NCBI GenBank assembly: GCA_035420565.1
Contig: DAOLVF010000002.1
Coordinates: forward strand, 5,896-69,895
Direction of reading: 5' to 3'
Source of the DNA: Spirochaetota bacterium
GTDB lineage: Bacteria; Spirochaetota; UBA4802; UB4802
Length of the DNA stretch: 64,000 nucleotides
Shown: positions 41,145-51,597 of the stretch, in pieces
Position numbering within the stretch: the first letter of the stretch is position 1
Layout of the letters: every line of letters begins with the position of its first letter
Notes under the pieces: generated by a model
Databases searched by the model: none
The model's input: the letters and a program-made list of their open reading frames with translations, nothing else
What the model was told of the DNA's origin: nothing
Program-made: the position numbers and the translations under genes

Positions 41145-42764
41145 ATGGAAAAAAGGGCTTTAATTGCAGTTTTATTATCTTTGCTGATATGGATATTATG
41201 GTTTTATTTATTTCCGCCGCAGGAAAAAAAACCTGCAGTTCAAGATAAGAAAGTTGAAGTTGAACAAACGGTTGAAATTAAAAAACCTGAATTGAAACAA
41301 CTTTCAAAATTCCTGGAATTATCCCGCTTAAAGGAAGAAGTGACTGTTGATTCACATTATTATAAAGCCGTGCTTTCCAATCATGGCGCTGCATGTACCT
41401 CGTTCATTGATAAAACCCGAAATATTGAGCTTGTGGTCAATAAAAGCAAATACATTGCCAGGGGTATTTTTGATTTTCCTGTACATTTTACAACTGGAGA
41501 ATTTTTGCTATCAACAGAAAGTGATTATACAAACTGGAAATTACAAAAAGAAACAGATTCGATACGCTTTTTTACAGGTGCTATCGTGCAAAATAATCCA
41601 TTGCACATTGTAAAGACATTTACCTTTGATGAAAAAGGGCAATTTTTTACGGTGTCATTCAGTATCACCAATAGAGCTATAAATGAATTTTCTTTTCCTG
41701 AAGGCAGATTAATTTATTCTCCTTCAGATTTTTTAGGCCCCTCAATGGATTTTAATAATTCGTACAACGAGTTGAACAGTATATATTATCTTGATGATGA
41801 TTTTGAAAAGGCACGGAAAGGCTCAGGATTTTTTTCAAACCATGAGGATATAAAAGAGATCAATGGTGTTGTAAAATGGGCAGGCATCATGAGCAGGTAC
41901 TATCTGCTCATAATGATACCGCAAGGTTTTCAGGGTTCTGGTGTTGTTTACGATAACAGGGAACATACTGGATTCAGGACGGGGATTATTGTACCGGCAA
42001 AACCTCTAAAGCCTGGCGAAAAAATAGAACACGTTTTCAAGATATATGTTGGGCCTAAAAATAAGGATAAACTTTTAGCTGTGGATAAACAGATTGGAGA
42101 TGCAGCCGATGTAAGCAAATGGATAGAGCCTATACGTGATTTTATGATGTGGTGTTTGCTTGGCATTAATAAATTGTTAGGGAATTTAGGCTGGTCATTA
42201 GTAATATTTTCAGTTATAACAAAAATAATGTTCTTACCCTTAACCAAACGTTCTACTGAGTCAATGAAGAAGATGCAGGAATTAAACCCAGTTGTTCAAG
42301 AACTTCGCGAAAAGTATAAAGATAAGCCTGATATCTTGAATAAGAAGATAATGGAAGTATATAAAAAGAACAAGGTCAACCCCATGGGTGGGTGCTTACC
42401 ACTATTGTTGCAAATGCCATTTTTCTTTGCACTTTATAGCGCTCTGATTAATTCTGTAGATTTATGGCAGGCACCATTTATTTTGTGGATTAAGGATCTT
42501 TCATTACCTGATACTGTTTTCACCATTTCAGGATTCAACATTAATATTTTACCTATAGTGATGACAGCAACAACATATTTACAACAAAAAATGTCTACTG
42601 GCGAAGCTTCTCAGCAGCAAAAAATGCTTTTGTTTATGCCACTTATATTTATAGTTATATTCTGGAATATGCCATCCGGATTGGTATTATACTGGATCAT
42701 GCAGAATGTTTTACAAATAGCTCATCAAATGGTAGTAAACCGGAAACCAAAGACTGAAAAGTAG
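41145..42764 (+). CDS. yidC: membrane protein insertase YidC (long periplasmic domain form)
   Basis: N-terminal TM, large periplasmic beta-domain, and a C-terminal 60-kDa-IMP core (GGCLPLLLQMPFFFALY). Confidence 0.95.
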   Translation: MEKRALIAVLLSLLIWILWFYLFPPQEKKPAVQDKKVEVEQTVEIKKPELKQLSKFLELSRLKEEVTVDSHYYKAVLSNHGAACTSFIDKTRNIELVVNKSKYIARGIFDFPVHFTTGEFLLSTESDYTNWKLQKETDSIRFFTGAIVQNNPLHIVKTFTFDEKGQFFTVSFSITNRAINEFSFPEGRLIYSPSDFLGPSMDFNNSYNELNSIYYLDDDFEKARKGSGFFSNHEDIKEINGVVKWAGIMSRYYLLIMIPQGFQGSGVVYDNREHTGFRTGIIVPAKPLKPGEKIEHVFKIYVGPKNKDKLLAVDKQIGDAADVSKWIEPIRDFMMWCLLGINKLLGNLGWSLVIFSVITKIMFLPLTKRSTESMKKMQELNPVVQELREKYKDKPDILNKKIMEVYKKNKVNPMGGCLPLLLQMPFFFALYSALINSVDLWQAPFILWIKDLSLPDTVFTISGFNINILPIVMTATTYLQQKMSTGEASQQQKMLLFMPLIFIVIFWNMPSGLVLYWIMQNVLQIAHQMVVNRKPKTEK

Positions 42765-42914
42765 CAACATGGAAACGAGGATAAATGTAAGTCTTAATGC
42801 AAAAATTATAGTACATTAAATACAATATGAGATTTCTACCATTTTTTGATTTTTTCAGGAGGTGTGTAACAAATACTATTATCATAATTCATTATTATAA
42901 GTATCATAGGAGGC

Positions 42915-43562
42915 GTGGAGATGAAGGTTTTAGATATTGAAGGAAAAACCGTTGAAGAAGCAACAAAAAAAGCATTATTACAATTAAAAATTGATGATAT
43001 GAACAAAATCAACATTGAAGTCCTTGATGAAGGTAAAAGCGGAATATTTGGTTTTGGCATATCACGCCCTGCTAAGATTAGAGTATACTATCAGCAGCAA
43101 AATGATGTTGGTGAAAAAGCAAAAGAAATAATAGAAAAAATAATGTCATTAATGGATGTTAATGCTACTGTTAAAGATTTTAAAGAAAGCGAAAATAAGG
43201 TATATGTAGAGTTAGAAAGTTTAAATTCAGGTTTAATAATAGGTAAAAAAGGTAAAACACTGGAAGCATTGCAATTCATGATAAATCTTCTGGTTAATAA
43301 GGTTACCAGTTCAGAAAAAAAGATTATCCTTGACATAGAATCGTACCGAGCAAAAAGAGAACGAGCCTTACGAAAATTATCGAAGGAGATAGCTTTAAAA
43401 GTAGCCCGAACCGGAAAACCATGGACACTTGAACCCATGAATCCGTTTGAACGAAGGCTTATTCATTTAACATTACAAAATGACTCAAAAGTGACAACAA
43501 AAAGTGAGGGACAGGGCATATATCGAAAGGTAAAAATTATGCCCATTGAAAAAGGCAGGTAA
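42915..43562 (+). CDS. jag: Jag/KhpB RNA-binding protein (Jag_N, KH, R3H)
   Basis: KH motif IIGKKGKTLEALQ and R3H motif ERRLIHLTLQNDSKVTTKSEGQG. Strong AGGAGG RBS. Confidence 0.85.
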   Translation: MEMKVLDIEGKTVEEATKKALLQLKIDDMNKINIEVLDEGKSGIFGFGISRPAKIRVYYQQQNDVGEKAKEIIEKIMSLMDVNATVKDFKESENKVYVELESLNSGLIIGKKGKTLEALQFMINLLVNKVTSSEKKIILDIESYRAKRERALRKLSKEIALKVARTGKPWTLEPMNPFERRLIHLTLQNDSKVTTKSEGQGIYRKVKIMPIEKGR

Positions 43563-43563
43563 G

Positions 43564-44925
43564 ATGCAAGAAACCATTTGTGCTCCAGCAACACCGCCTG
43601 TACATGCACCAATAGCAATTATACGAATCAGCGGCCCTGAATCCTTACGGGTCGCTTCTTCTATTTTTAAACAACACAATAAACAAACTATATCCACACC
43701 CCGTTATGCATACTATGGGACAATCTTTGATGGGGAATATGAAATTGATGATGCGATAGTTATTTATTACGCACAACCGCATAGCTATACAGGCGAGGAC
43801 ATGGTTGAAATATTCTGTCATGGCAATCCTATTATTGTTAATAAAATAATGAATCGCCTTCTGGCATTGCATGTACGTATAGCCCAGCCAGGAGAATTTA
43901 CTAAACGAGCTTTTTTTAACGGAAAAATGGACCTCACCGAAGCTGAAGCTATCAATCATATTATAACAGCCCGGAGTGAATGGGAAATAGCTACGGCAAT
44001 ACAGCAAAAACATGGATCGTTACGCACTACTATCAATAAACTGAAACAAACAATAGTAGAGTTAAAAGCTGATATTGAATGTGCCATTGACTTTATTGAT
44101 CAGGATATCGAAATAATCTCTTATCAGGATGCTCAGCAAAGGATAGAAGATATTATTCATACCATACAGGAAATTATCAACAGATGTAAGGTTGGGAATA
44201 ATTTATCTCATGGGATAGATATTGCTATTGTTGGCAAACCCAATGCAGGGAAATCAAGCTTTTTAAACTGTGTGGTCAATCATGAGCGTGCAATTGTTTC
44301 AGATGAACCGGGTACAACGCGTGATGTTATAAAAGAATCAGTTACCATTCATGGCATTCAATGTAATCTATACGACACAGCAGGGATTCATGATGTAGCA
44401 TCAGGGATTGAACTGCTGGGAGTTCAAAAAAGCTACAGGATTATTGACGAGGTTTCACTCTTATTTTTTATCCTTGATGCTACAAGTGGTTTTACCGTTG
44501 AAGATTCCCATATTCTTGAGCGCATCAGTTCCAAACCATATATCCCCGTTATTAATAAATGCGATATTGCCTCACCCGAACAAATCAATGCTATCAATAC
44601 ACAATTGCCCAAAAAAGGGATTGTGTTTGCAGCCACAACAGGCTATGGTATGGATGTGCTGGAGCATACGGTGTCTGATTTTATTCAAAGCTCGTATGTC
44701 AACTACACCAATTCATTTATTGCTGATATTCGTATTATACAGCTTTTAGAGCAATCCAGCGCAGGTGCCCATGAGGTGCGGGAGCAGCTACTCAAGCAAA
44801 GCCCTCACGAGATTATAGCATCAGCATTGCAGGATGTCATTGACACTATTGGTGCAATAACCGGTGAAATTACTGTTGATGATGTTCTCAATTCAATCTT
44901 TTCACGCTTTTGTATAGGCAAATGA
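43564..44925 (+). CDS. mnmE: tRNA uridine-5-carboxymethylaminomethyl modification GTPase MnmE
   Basis: G1 motif GKPNAGKSSFLN, G3 motif DTAG, and C-terminal CIGK. A possible earlier start lies at 43546, overlapping jag. Confidence 0.9.
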   Translation: MQETICAPATPPVHAPIAIIRISGPESLRVASSIFKQHNKQTISTPRYAYYGTIFDGEYEIDDAIVIYYAQPHSYTGEDMVEIFCHGNPIIVNKIMNRLLALHVRIAQPGEFTKRAFFNGKMDLTEAEAINHIITARSEWEIATAIQQKHGSLRTTINKLKQTIVELKADIECAIDFIDQDIEIISYQDAQQRIEDIIHTIQEIINRCKVGNNLSHGIDIAIVGKPNAGKSSFLNCVVNHERAIVSDEPGTTRDVIKESVTIHGIQCNLYDTAGIHDVASGIELLGVQKSYRIIDEVSLLFFILDATSGFTVEDSHILERISSKPYIPVINKCDIASPEQINAINTQLPKKGIVFAATTGYGMDVLEHTVSDFIQSSYVNYTNSFIADIRIIQLLEQSSAGAHEVREQLLKQSPHEIIASALQDVIDTIGAITGEITVDDVLNSIFSRFCIGK

Positions 44926-44929
44926 TGGC

Positions 44930-47608
44930 ATGGTAATGGTAAAATATTGTATAACTATAGTGTTAAGTTTATATATAGTGGCGATAGTTACTGTTGATGC
45001 ATCTTCAGATATCATAGGTCATGATACCGTTACTATGTATTGTAGTGGAGATTCACAAGCACTCGCTGAACAGTATGTAAACGGTGCGCAAAACCTTACA
45101 ATACCAAACCTGCTCATTTTAGCGGATAGTGAACATATACAGCAGATAATTGGAATTGAAAAAACAATAGAACTGCTGGAATTGCTTTCTACCAATGCAC
45201 AATCACCATACGAAAAAATGTTTATCAACGATATTGCAGATATATCAAAAGAACGTTTCTATAAAAACGATGTAAAAGGAAATCAACGCTGGTATATCTA
45301 TGATAATAGTAAGGAACCAATGCCCAAAAGCGTGATATCTTTCCAAACACAACTGGATACCCTAATACTTCCTGATAAAAACAAAATAGCAGTAATGCAA
45401 TCATGCGCGGGGTATATACCTGTAAAGCAATACACCCAGATTTTACACGCAACAGGACTATGCAGCGCATCGTTTGAATTACATAAACCGGTTTCTATGT
45501 ATGTTTTTTCCAATATGGAGTATGCCATTTTTATCAATGGAACAAAAGTATGTGTTAATACGACAACAACAGTAAAAAAAGATGCTCGAATCATTCATAT
45601 TGAACCACAGGAGGGATTCAGCATAGCAATATATTACAAACCAGACAATGATATGTACTTAAAAATACTGTTTCGTGATGAAACCAATGCAACGATGCAG
45701 TTACCTGCTACCGACACCATGTATTATAATCCTGTTAACTGTTATGAGATATTCTATGAATATCAAAATCAACTTCTGTCAAACTATATGAGCAACCATT
45801 CGCCTGATAATGCACTGCAACTTGCTCTTTTTTCAGAATCAATTCACAGCACAGAGGCTTTCAAATATTATCATCAAGCATTGCGTTCACACAACGATTT
45901 TATCTCATACCGATTGTGTTCATTGCTACTGAGGTATAGCCGTGCATTCCCGGATAGCATTTTGTTGTTGAGAACTAACGTGCAAAAAAATATACAACCT
46001 CAAACAGTGCTGGGTGGCTATTTTTACGATATGCTCTATTCACCAGAGTCCATGAATATTGCAGAAATACAGTGGCTACCCATACTTATACAAACTTTAT
46101 ACATCCAAAAAGAAGAACTCATTAATAAAAAAGCAGATTTAGATTTTTTGTTCAAACGCTTTCCGCAAAGCCATGAACTTGCCTTTACCATAGCATCTAT
46201 CTATTCATCCTATGATAATCACAAGGCGACAACAATATTGGAAACATATAAAAACCTCAATGATAAGGAGCTTACATTGCTGATTCACTGCTATACTGAA
46301 AATAAACAATTTGAAAAAATAGTAACTATCCTTTCTGGTGTCAGGGAACATACATTTTTTTATGATTATATCAATGCCCTCATTGCACTTGGTAAGTATG
46401 GTGAAGCAAAGAGCGCTTTGTTTAAAACAATTGCACAGGGTTTTGACACTGAAGCTTATGCGCTATTAGCCACAATAGCTCAATTAGAAGGCTATGACGC
46501 CAGCATGTATAGTCAAAAGCATCATGCGATTGTCAATAGTCTTGTTGTGCATCCCGATTATATGAAAGCCACTTTTGATGATTACGTGCAAAATTATTTT
46601 TTTAAACAGCTTGCTTATGAAATTATCAATCATACCACAAACAAATTAATGTATTCATGTTATGCAGTGCGGATGGTTCATGATGCACTATATTGTACCA
46701 TATACGACGCATACCATTGTACTGATATATCCGTATTCAATACCTACCAATTTTCTCCCGACACTGAGAATATTAGTTATACTCTCTATGCATACAATAA
46801 CGAAGGGAAAATGAAATCATACACCTTTTATCCCGGCAACTATACAATACAACAGAAGATACAGGAATATTTACACGATAGTCACTGTGAATTTTTTGTA
46901 ATAGCGATATCATTTCGATTGCGAAAAAACATCGATATAATGCATATACAACAAAATTACAAGCAATCACCATTTACGCTGGATATTATCGTTTTATCTC
47001 CTGAATCAGATGTAACCATATCGGGAACAATGCGCCTCAATGAAATAACAACCAATGTTAGGTATATTCATCACTATACCTGCAATAGTAATGAATTGTT
47101 ATCGCCAAACAATAGGGAATTTGTTATCATGGCTATCCAACCACAAGCATTAATTACATGGATAGAAGAACAGAATGCCCTGTTTAAACGCGGCATTGAA
47201 CTCTTAGACATAAAAGAAATTCAGGGCAACTCAATAGATGAGGCAATACACGAGGTGCTCCAGGAACTACAAACCTATACTATTGCCGATAATGTTTATG
47301 GTATCACTTCTATAGTACAATGGACTCTTCTGCATAAAGGAACACAGCTTGATGCTATGCTCTACGCACGATACCTATTAGCTAAAAAAGGTATTATATC
47401 CTGCATTGCGCTGGGGGATTCACACAAAAAGATTGTTGCTAAAAAAAATAATCTTTATTTTGATACAGTGTTTCTGTATATACCATTAACCCCTGATAAG
47501 GGGATATGGTTAACTTATAAAAACTCATACCCCTCATCAGAAGTACTCAATATATCAAATATTTTACTTATTGTGGGTGGTGAGATTATCAGCAAACAGA
47601 GCAACTAA
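44930..47608 (+). CDS. large hypothetical protein (892 aa) with an N-terminal signal anchor
   Basis: Uninterrupted ORF with coding-like composition. No confident domain call; possibly TPR-like helical repeats in the mid-region. Confidence 0.5.
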   Translation: MVMVKYCITIVLSLYIVAIVTVDASSDIIGHDTVTMYCSGDSQALAEQYVNGAQNLTIPNLLILADSEHIQQIIGIEKTIELLELLSTNAQSPYEKMFINDIADISKERFYKNDVKGNQRWYIYDNSKEPMPKSVISFQTQLDTLILPDKNKIAVMQSCAGYIPVKQYTQILHATGLCSASFELHKPVSMYVFSNMEYAIFINGTKVCVNTTTTVKKDARIIHIEPQEGFSIAIYYKPDNDMYLKILFRDETNATMQLPATDTMYYNPVNCYEIFYEYQNQLLSNYMSNHSPDNALQLALFSESIHSTEAFKYYHQALRSHNDFISYRLCSLLLRYSRAFPDSILLLRTNVQKNIQPQTVLGGYFYDMLYSPESMNIAEIQWLPILIQTLYIQKEELINKKADLDFLFKRFPQSHELAFTIASIYSSYDNHKATTILETYKNLNDKELTLLIHCYTENKQFEKIVTILSGVREHTFFYDYINALIALGKYGEAKSALFKTIAQGFDTEAYALLATIAQLEGYDASMYSQKHHAIVNSLVVHPDYMKATFDDYVQNYFFKQLAYEIINHTTNKLMYSCYAVRMVHDALYCTIYDAYHCTDISVFNTYQFSPDTENISYTLYAYNNEGKMKSYTFYPGNYTIQQKIQEYLHDSHCEFFVIAISFRLRKNIDIMHIQQNYKQSPFTLDIIVLSPESDVTISGTMRLNEITTNVRYIHHYTCNSNELLSPNNREFVIMAIQPQALITWIEEQNALFKRGIELLDIKEIQGNSIDEAIHEVLQELQTYTIADNVYGITSIVQWTLLHKGTQLDAMLYARYLLAKKGIISCIALGDSHKKIVAKKNNLYFDTVFLYIPLTPDKGIWLTYKNSYPSSEVLNISNILLIVGGEIISKQSN

Positions 47609-47610
47609 AT

Positions 47611-47706
47611 TTATCGCCCTATCTTCTTTGCCATTAGTTTCTTTTTTCTTTTGAGTCTTCGTTTAGCTCGTTTTCGTTTAATCCTTGGATTATACTGCTT
47701 GCTCAT
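47611..47706 (-). CDS. possible 31-aa ultra-basic peptide (MSKQYNPRIKRKRAKRRLKRKKKLMAKKIGR)
   Basis: ATG preceded by AAAGGAGA with 11-nt spacing. 58% K/R. Below the ORF-track size cutoff and of unknown function. Confidence 0.3.
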   Translation of the reverse strand: MSKQYNPRIKRKRAKRRLKRKKKLMAKKIGR

Positions 47707-48010
47707 AGATTTTCAGGTCTCCTTTAAAAAAATTAATGTAGCCATTATCAGGGAAATACAATTTTTAACAACAAATTTATTTCTTTACTTCGATTGTATA
47801 TTGTATCATGATAATGAGTCTTTTCTTTATACTATAGCAAAATTTTTAAGCTTGATATACCCATTTTATAGTGACAATTATTGTTTATAATGAGTAATTA
47901 TTATAGTATTATATTTAACTTGCCCAATTGATAAAAAAAATCGCAATTACTTGCTAAATGCCAGATTACATGAAACAGAAAAACATCATACAATAATGTC
48001 AACAGATTTT

Positions 48011-48706
48011 CTATAGCCCTCTGATGTCACAGTAAGTGGCAAAGGTTTGGACAAATTGGCGGAACAATAATAATATTTCTTCTGGATAAGGTTTTACTCT
48101 GTGTAAGTCTTCATCCATTGTGTGATCATTGTTAAATTGCTGTAAATAATAATGGGATACCTGACCAATCTGTTCTTTAATGCTATGTAAATCTTCTAAT
48201 GTTACAAATTCTGGCACACAGGTAGTGCGCACCTCAAATTGGATATCAAAATCTTTAAGCAAACGAATAGATTCTTTGATACAATTAAACGATAACTTTG
48301 TTTTTGTTAAAAGCGAATATTTTTGAGGAGATGTCTTTATATCTATTGCAACATAATCAACAAGATTTTTTATTATAATTTTTTTTAGAATATCAGGCTG
48401 GAAACCGTTGGTATCTAATTTTATTTTCATTCCCAGCGATTTAATATTTTCAAGAAATTGCAGTATCCCTTTTGCAATCGTTGGTTCACCACCTGTCAGT
48501 ACTACCGCTCCAATGAGATGTTTTCTACTTCGTAAAAGATCAATTACTTCTTCATTTGAATAATAGTGTAGGTTACAATCATTATATGCTAATGATGGAT
48601 TATGACAATAACTACACCGCAAATTACATCCCCCGGTAAAAAGTACTGTACTAATAGCACCCGGATAATCAATGAGTGATGTTTTCTGTATACCCCGAAT
48701 ATTCAT
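48011..48706 (-). CDS. nrdG: anaerobic ribonucleoside-triphosphate reductase activating protein (radical SAM)
   Basis: DYPGAISTVLFTGGCNLRCSYCHNP (C-x3-C-x2-C) and GGEP motifs. Lies directly downstream of the nrdD pieces. Confidence 0.85.
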   Translation of the reverse strand: MNIRGIQKTSLIDYPGAISTVLFTGGCNLRCSYCHNPSLAYNDCNLHYYSNEEVIDLLRSRKHLIGAVVLTGGEPTIAKGILQFLENIKSLGMKIKLDTNGFQPDILKKIIIKNLVDYVAIDIKTSPQKYSLLTKTKLSFNCIKESIRLLKDFDIQFEVRTTCVPEFVTLEDLHSIKEQIGQVSHYYLQQFNNDHTMDEDLHRVKPYPEEILLLFRQFVQTFATYCDIRGL

Positions 48707-48860
48707 GATCTACAACCTTTAATAATTCTTTTGCCATGAATTCCTTTCTTTCATGAAACTCTTCCTGCTTGCCTTTATTCCATTGATTCACAGGTCGGAA
48801 ATAACCAACAACACGAGAATATACCTCAACAGGTATTTTCTTTTCAGTATTTCTTTGCAT
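48669..48860 (-). CDS. nrdD: stand-alone C-terminal glycyl-radical segment of class III ribonucleotide reductase (NrdD fragment)
   Basis: SRVVGYFRPVNQWNKGKQEEFHERKEF carries the NrdD glycyl-radical motif R-V-x-G-Y and the flanking conserved WN-GKQ-E residues. It has its own GGAGG RBS 8 nt upstream of the ATG. Confidence 0.7.
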   Translation of the reverse strand: MQRNTEKKIPVEVYSRVVGYFRPVNQWNKGKQEEFHERKEFMAKELLKVVDHEYSGYTENITH

Positions 48861-48884
48861 CAGAACCCCCTCCGAATATAGTTT

Positions 48885-49113
48885 TATGTGCCAATATCAT
48901 TCTGTACTTGAACAAGAATCTCTTTTGCCGCTTTTGTCAATCCTGACCTTTTCAGGAATCCAAATTTGTAACCTTATATCCTTAAATGATCCTGAAACCA
49001 GTTAAGAATATTATTCAGGATAACACACTGCACACTATCATTCTGAGAGACGCGCTCCCAGAGAATCTATTCTTCCATAAAACGAAAAGATTCTTCACTT
49101 TGTTCAGAATGAC
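48885..49113. repeat. MITE-like element copy E, full-length 229 bp, between the two nrdD pieces
   Basis: TATGTGCCAATATCATTC...TTCAGAATGAC. Collinear with copy D at 36251..36479. Confidence 0.7.
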
Positions 49114-49231
49114 AATAGTACTCCATTTTTATCACTTACCATAACTGCAATGCAGCCATCAACAATCCCTTGAAAATAAATATACAGTCAAGCAATACTC
49201 ATAAATACAATCTATTCAACAACTTATACGT

Positions 49232-51319
49232 TTACGAGACAATCCGATGGGTTGTCTCTATGGGTTTTGATAATTCTCTATCTTCTATTTCGACTTCTAT
49301 TCCAAACATCTCAAGCTCTTCTTTTGTATGTGGATAAGGACAATATGTGTGATTCCCAGGTATATATCCATGAACAGGGCAAATACTAAATGTTGGCGTA
49401 ATGGTAAAATATGGTATGTGATAGTTATAAGCTATTGATTTTACCAGTATTTTTACCATTTCCGGATCATCAATCTTCTCTCCAATAAAACAGTGAACAA
49501 CGGTACCGCCGGTAAACTTTGCTTGTAACTGATCCTGATGGTCAAGGAGATCAAATATATCGTGAGCATATCCCACCGGTGGATGGATCGAATTTGTATA
49601 ATATGGTTCATTCTTACCAGAGGTAATAATGTCCGAAAATCTATTTTTATCATGTCGTGCAAACCTATAGCTAACGCCTTCAGCAGGGGTAGCTTCAAGA
49701 TTATATAAATTGCCTGTCGCATGCTGATACATGACTATTTTACTGCGCATAAAATCCAGCACTTCCCCGGTGAAAGCTTTTCCTTCATCAGTTGTAATGT
49801 CCTGCCCTAAAAGGTTTAAACAGGCTTCATTCATACCAACAAGTCCAATTGTTGAAAAATGATTTATCCAGTACTTCTTAAATCGTTTATATACATCACG
49901 GAGATAGAATCTGGTATAGGGATAAAGATTGTTAGAAGTAAAGTTTTCTAAGACTTTTCTTTTGATCTCAAGTGAATTGCTTGCTACATCCATCAAATGT
50001 GATAAACTTGCAAGGAATTCATCCTTTGATTTAGAAAGGTATCCTAACCTTGGCATATTAATGGTTACCACACCTATACTTCCCGTTAAAGGATTAGCTC
50101 CAAAAAGCCCACCACCTCGTTTTCGCAGTTCACGATTATCAAGCCTTAATCGGCAACACATCGAGCGGGCATCATCAGGATCCATATCAGAATTTACAAA
50201 GTTTGCAAAGTATGGGATACCATATTTAGCGGTTATCTCCCATAAAAGATGTATGGAAGGATTATCCCAATCAAAATCTTTTGTGATGTTATACGTTGGT
50301 ATAGGAAATGTAAAAATTCGGTGTCGCGCATCACCCTCAAACATACATTCTGCAAAAGCAGTATTAAATATATCCATCTCTTTCTGAAATTCAGCATAGA
50401 TTGCATCCATACTTTCTCCACCAATAATGACATGTTCATTGGCAATTGAGCGAGGTACGGTCAGATCCATGGTAACATTGGTAAATGGCGTCTGGAATCC
50501 TACACGAGTTGGTATGTTCATATTAAAGATGAATTCCTGGAGACACTGCTTAACACCTGCATAATCCAGATTATCATACCGTATAAATGGCGCAAGGTAC
50601 GTATCAAAGTTTGCAAATGCCTGTGCACCGGCTGATTCCCCCTGTAATGTATAAAAAAAATTGACTATCTGCCCCAATGCGCTTCGGAAATGTTTTGCCG
50701 GCCTGCTTTCAACCTTTCCGGGAACTCCTCCAAAACCAGTTAATAATAAATCTCGCAAGTCCCAGCCTACACAGTAAGCCGACAGCAAACCTAAATCATG
50801 AAGATGCAGATCACAATTGGTATGAGCATCGCGTATCTCAGGTGGATAAATACGTTCAAGCCAGTATTTTGCAGTAATTGCAGAAGCAATATGGTTATTT
50901 AATCCCTGAAGAGAATAACTCATATTACTATTCTCATTTACCCGCCAATCTGACCTATCAAGATAATCTTCAATGAGCTGGATTCCTTCATTAAGAAGGT
51001 CTTTACTTTCTCGTATCTTTCTGTGCTGTTCACGGTAGAGGATATATGCTTTAGCTACCTTAGCATGCCCTTTCTCAATGAGCATCTTTTCAACTAAATC
51101 CTGAACATTTTCTACCGTCGGGATATGTTCATCCTTATACAATATGGATAATATATCAACAACTGATTCGGCAATATGTACTGCTGCATTCCTATCGGTA
51201 CCACCAACTGCTTTTGCTGCTTTAAAGATTGCTTCTGTGATCTTTTCAATATCAAATGGCACTATTCTGCCATCACGTTTCCTTATAAACTGAGGGGTTG
51301 TTGTTATTACATCTGACAT
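49232..51319 (-). CDS. nrdD: anaerobic ribonucleoside-triphosphate reductase, large body (ATP-cone + 10-strand barrel), lacking the glycyl-radical C-terminus
   Basis: N-terminal ATP-cone VIKRDGRIVPFDIEKI and class III RNR barrel similarity throughout. The C-terminus ends ...CPVHG...YCPYPH (zinc-ribbon remnant) with no RVxGY motif. True start at 51319; the first 42 codons of the ORF are an artefact. Confidence 0.9.
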   Translation of the reverse strand: MSDVITTTPQFIRKRDGRIVPFDIEKITEAIFKAAKAVGGTDRNAAVHIAESVVDILSILYKDEHIPTVENVQDLVEKMLIEKGHAKVAKAYILYREQHRKIRESKDLLNEGIQLIEDYLDRSDWRVNENSNMSYSLQGLNNHIASAITAKYWLERIYPPEIRDAHTNCDLHLHDLGLLSAYCVGWDLRDLLLTGFGGVPGKVESRPAKHFRSALGQIVNFFYTLQGESAGAQAFANFDTYLAPFIRYDNLDYAGVKQCLQEFIFNMNIPTRVGFQTPFTNVTMDLTVPRSIANEHVIIGGESMDAIYAEFQKEMDIFNTAFAECMFEGDARHRIFTFPIPTYNITKDFDWDNPSIHLLWEITAKYGIPYFANFVNSDMDPDDARSMCCRLRLDNRELRKRGGGLFGANPLTGSIGVVTINMPRLGYLSKSKDEFLASLSHLMDVASNSLEIKRKVLENFTSNNLYPYTRFYLRDVYKRFKKYWINHFSTIGLVGMNEACLNLLGQDITTDEGKAFTGEVLDFMRSKIVMYQHATGNLYNLEATPAEGVSYRFARHDKNRFSDIITSGKNEPYYTNSIHPPVGYAHDIFDLLDHQDQLQAKFTGGTVVHCFIGEKIDDPEMVKILVKSIAYNYHIPYFTITPTFSICPVHGYIPGNHTYCPYPHTKEELEMFGIEVEIEDRELSKPIETTHRIVS

Positions 51320-51597
51320 ATAAAGACTCCCAAAAAAGAAATAAACCAACACGATCACTGTATAGCACACAATGCGATGGTTATTATTAGCTTGATAAGA
51401 TATGTTTTTGTATATTACGTTAGAATAATAAAATAAAAAAGTCAATCATAATTATGTCACGTAACAAAAAAAAATGAAACACTAAACATATATTTATATA
51501 AATCACTATAGTATAAATATTACGCAAAAATTTAAATTGTACTTTGAGATGGTATTACCGATAGTTACACTATATTAACTACAAAGAGGTATGAAGT

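Noticed and set aside
51320-51445. 42-codon N-terminal extension of nrdD
   Set aside because: The ATP-cone begins at the internal Met at 51319, which has a GGGAG RBS. The upstream codons are hydrophobic junk in an AT-rich leader.
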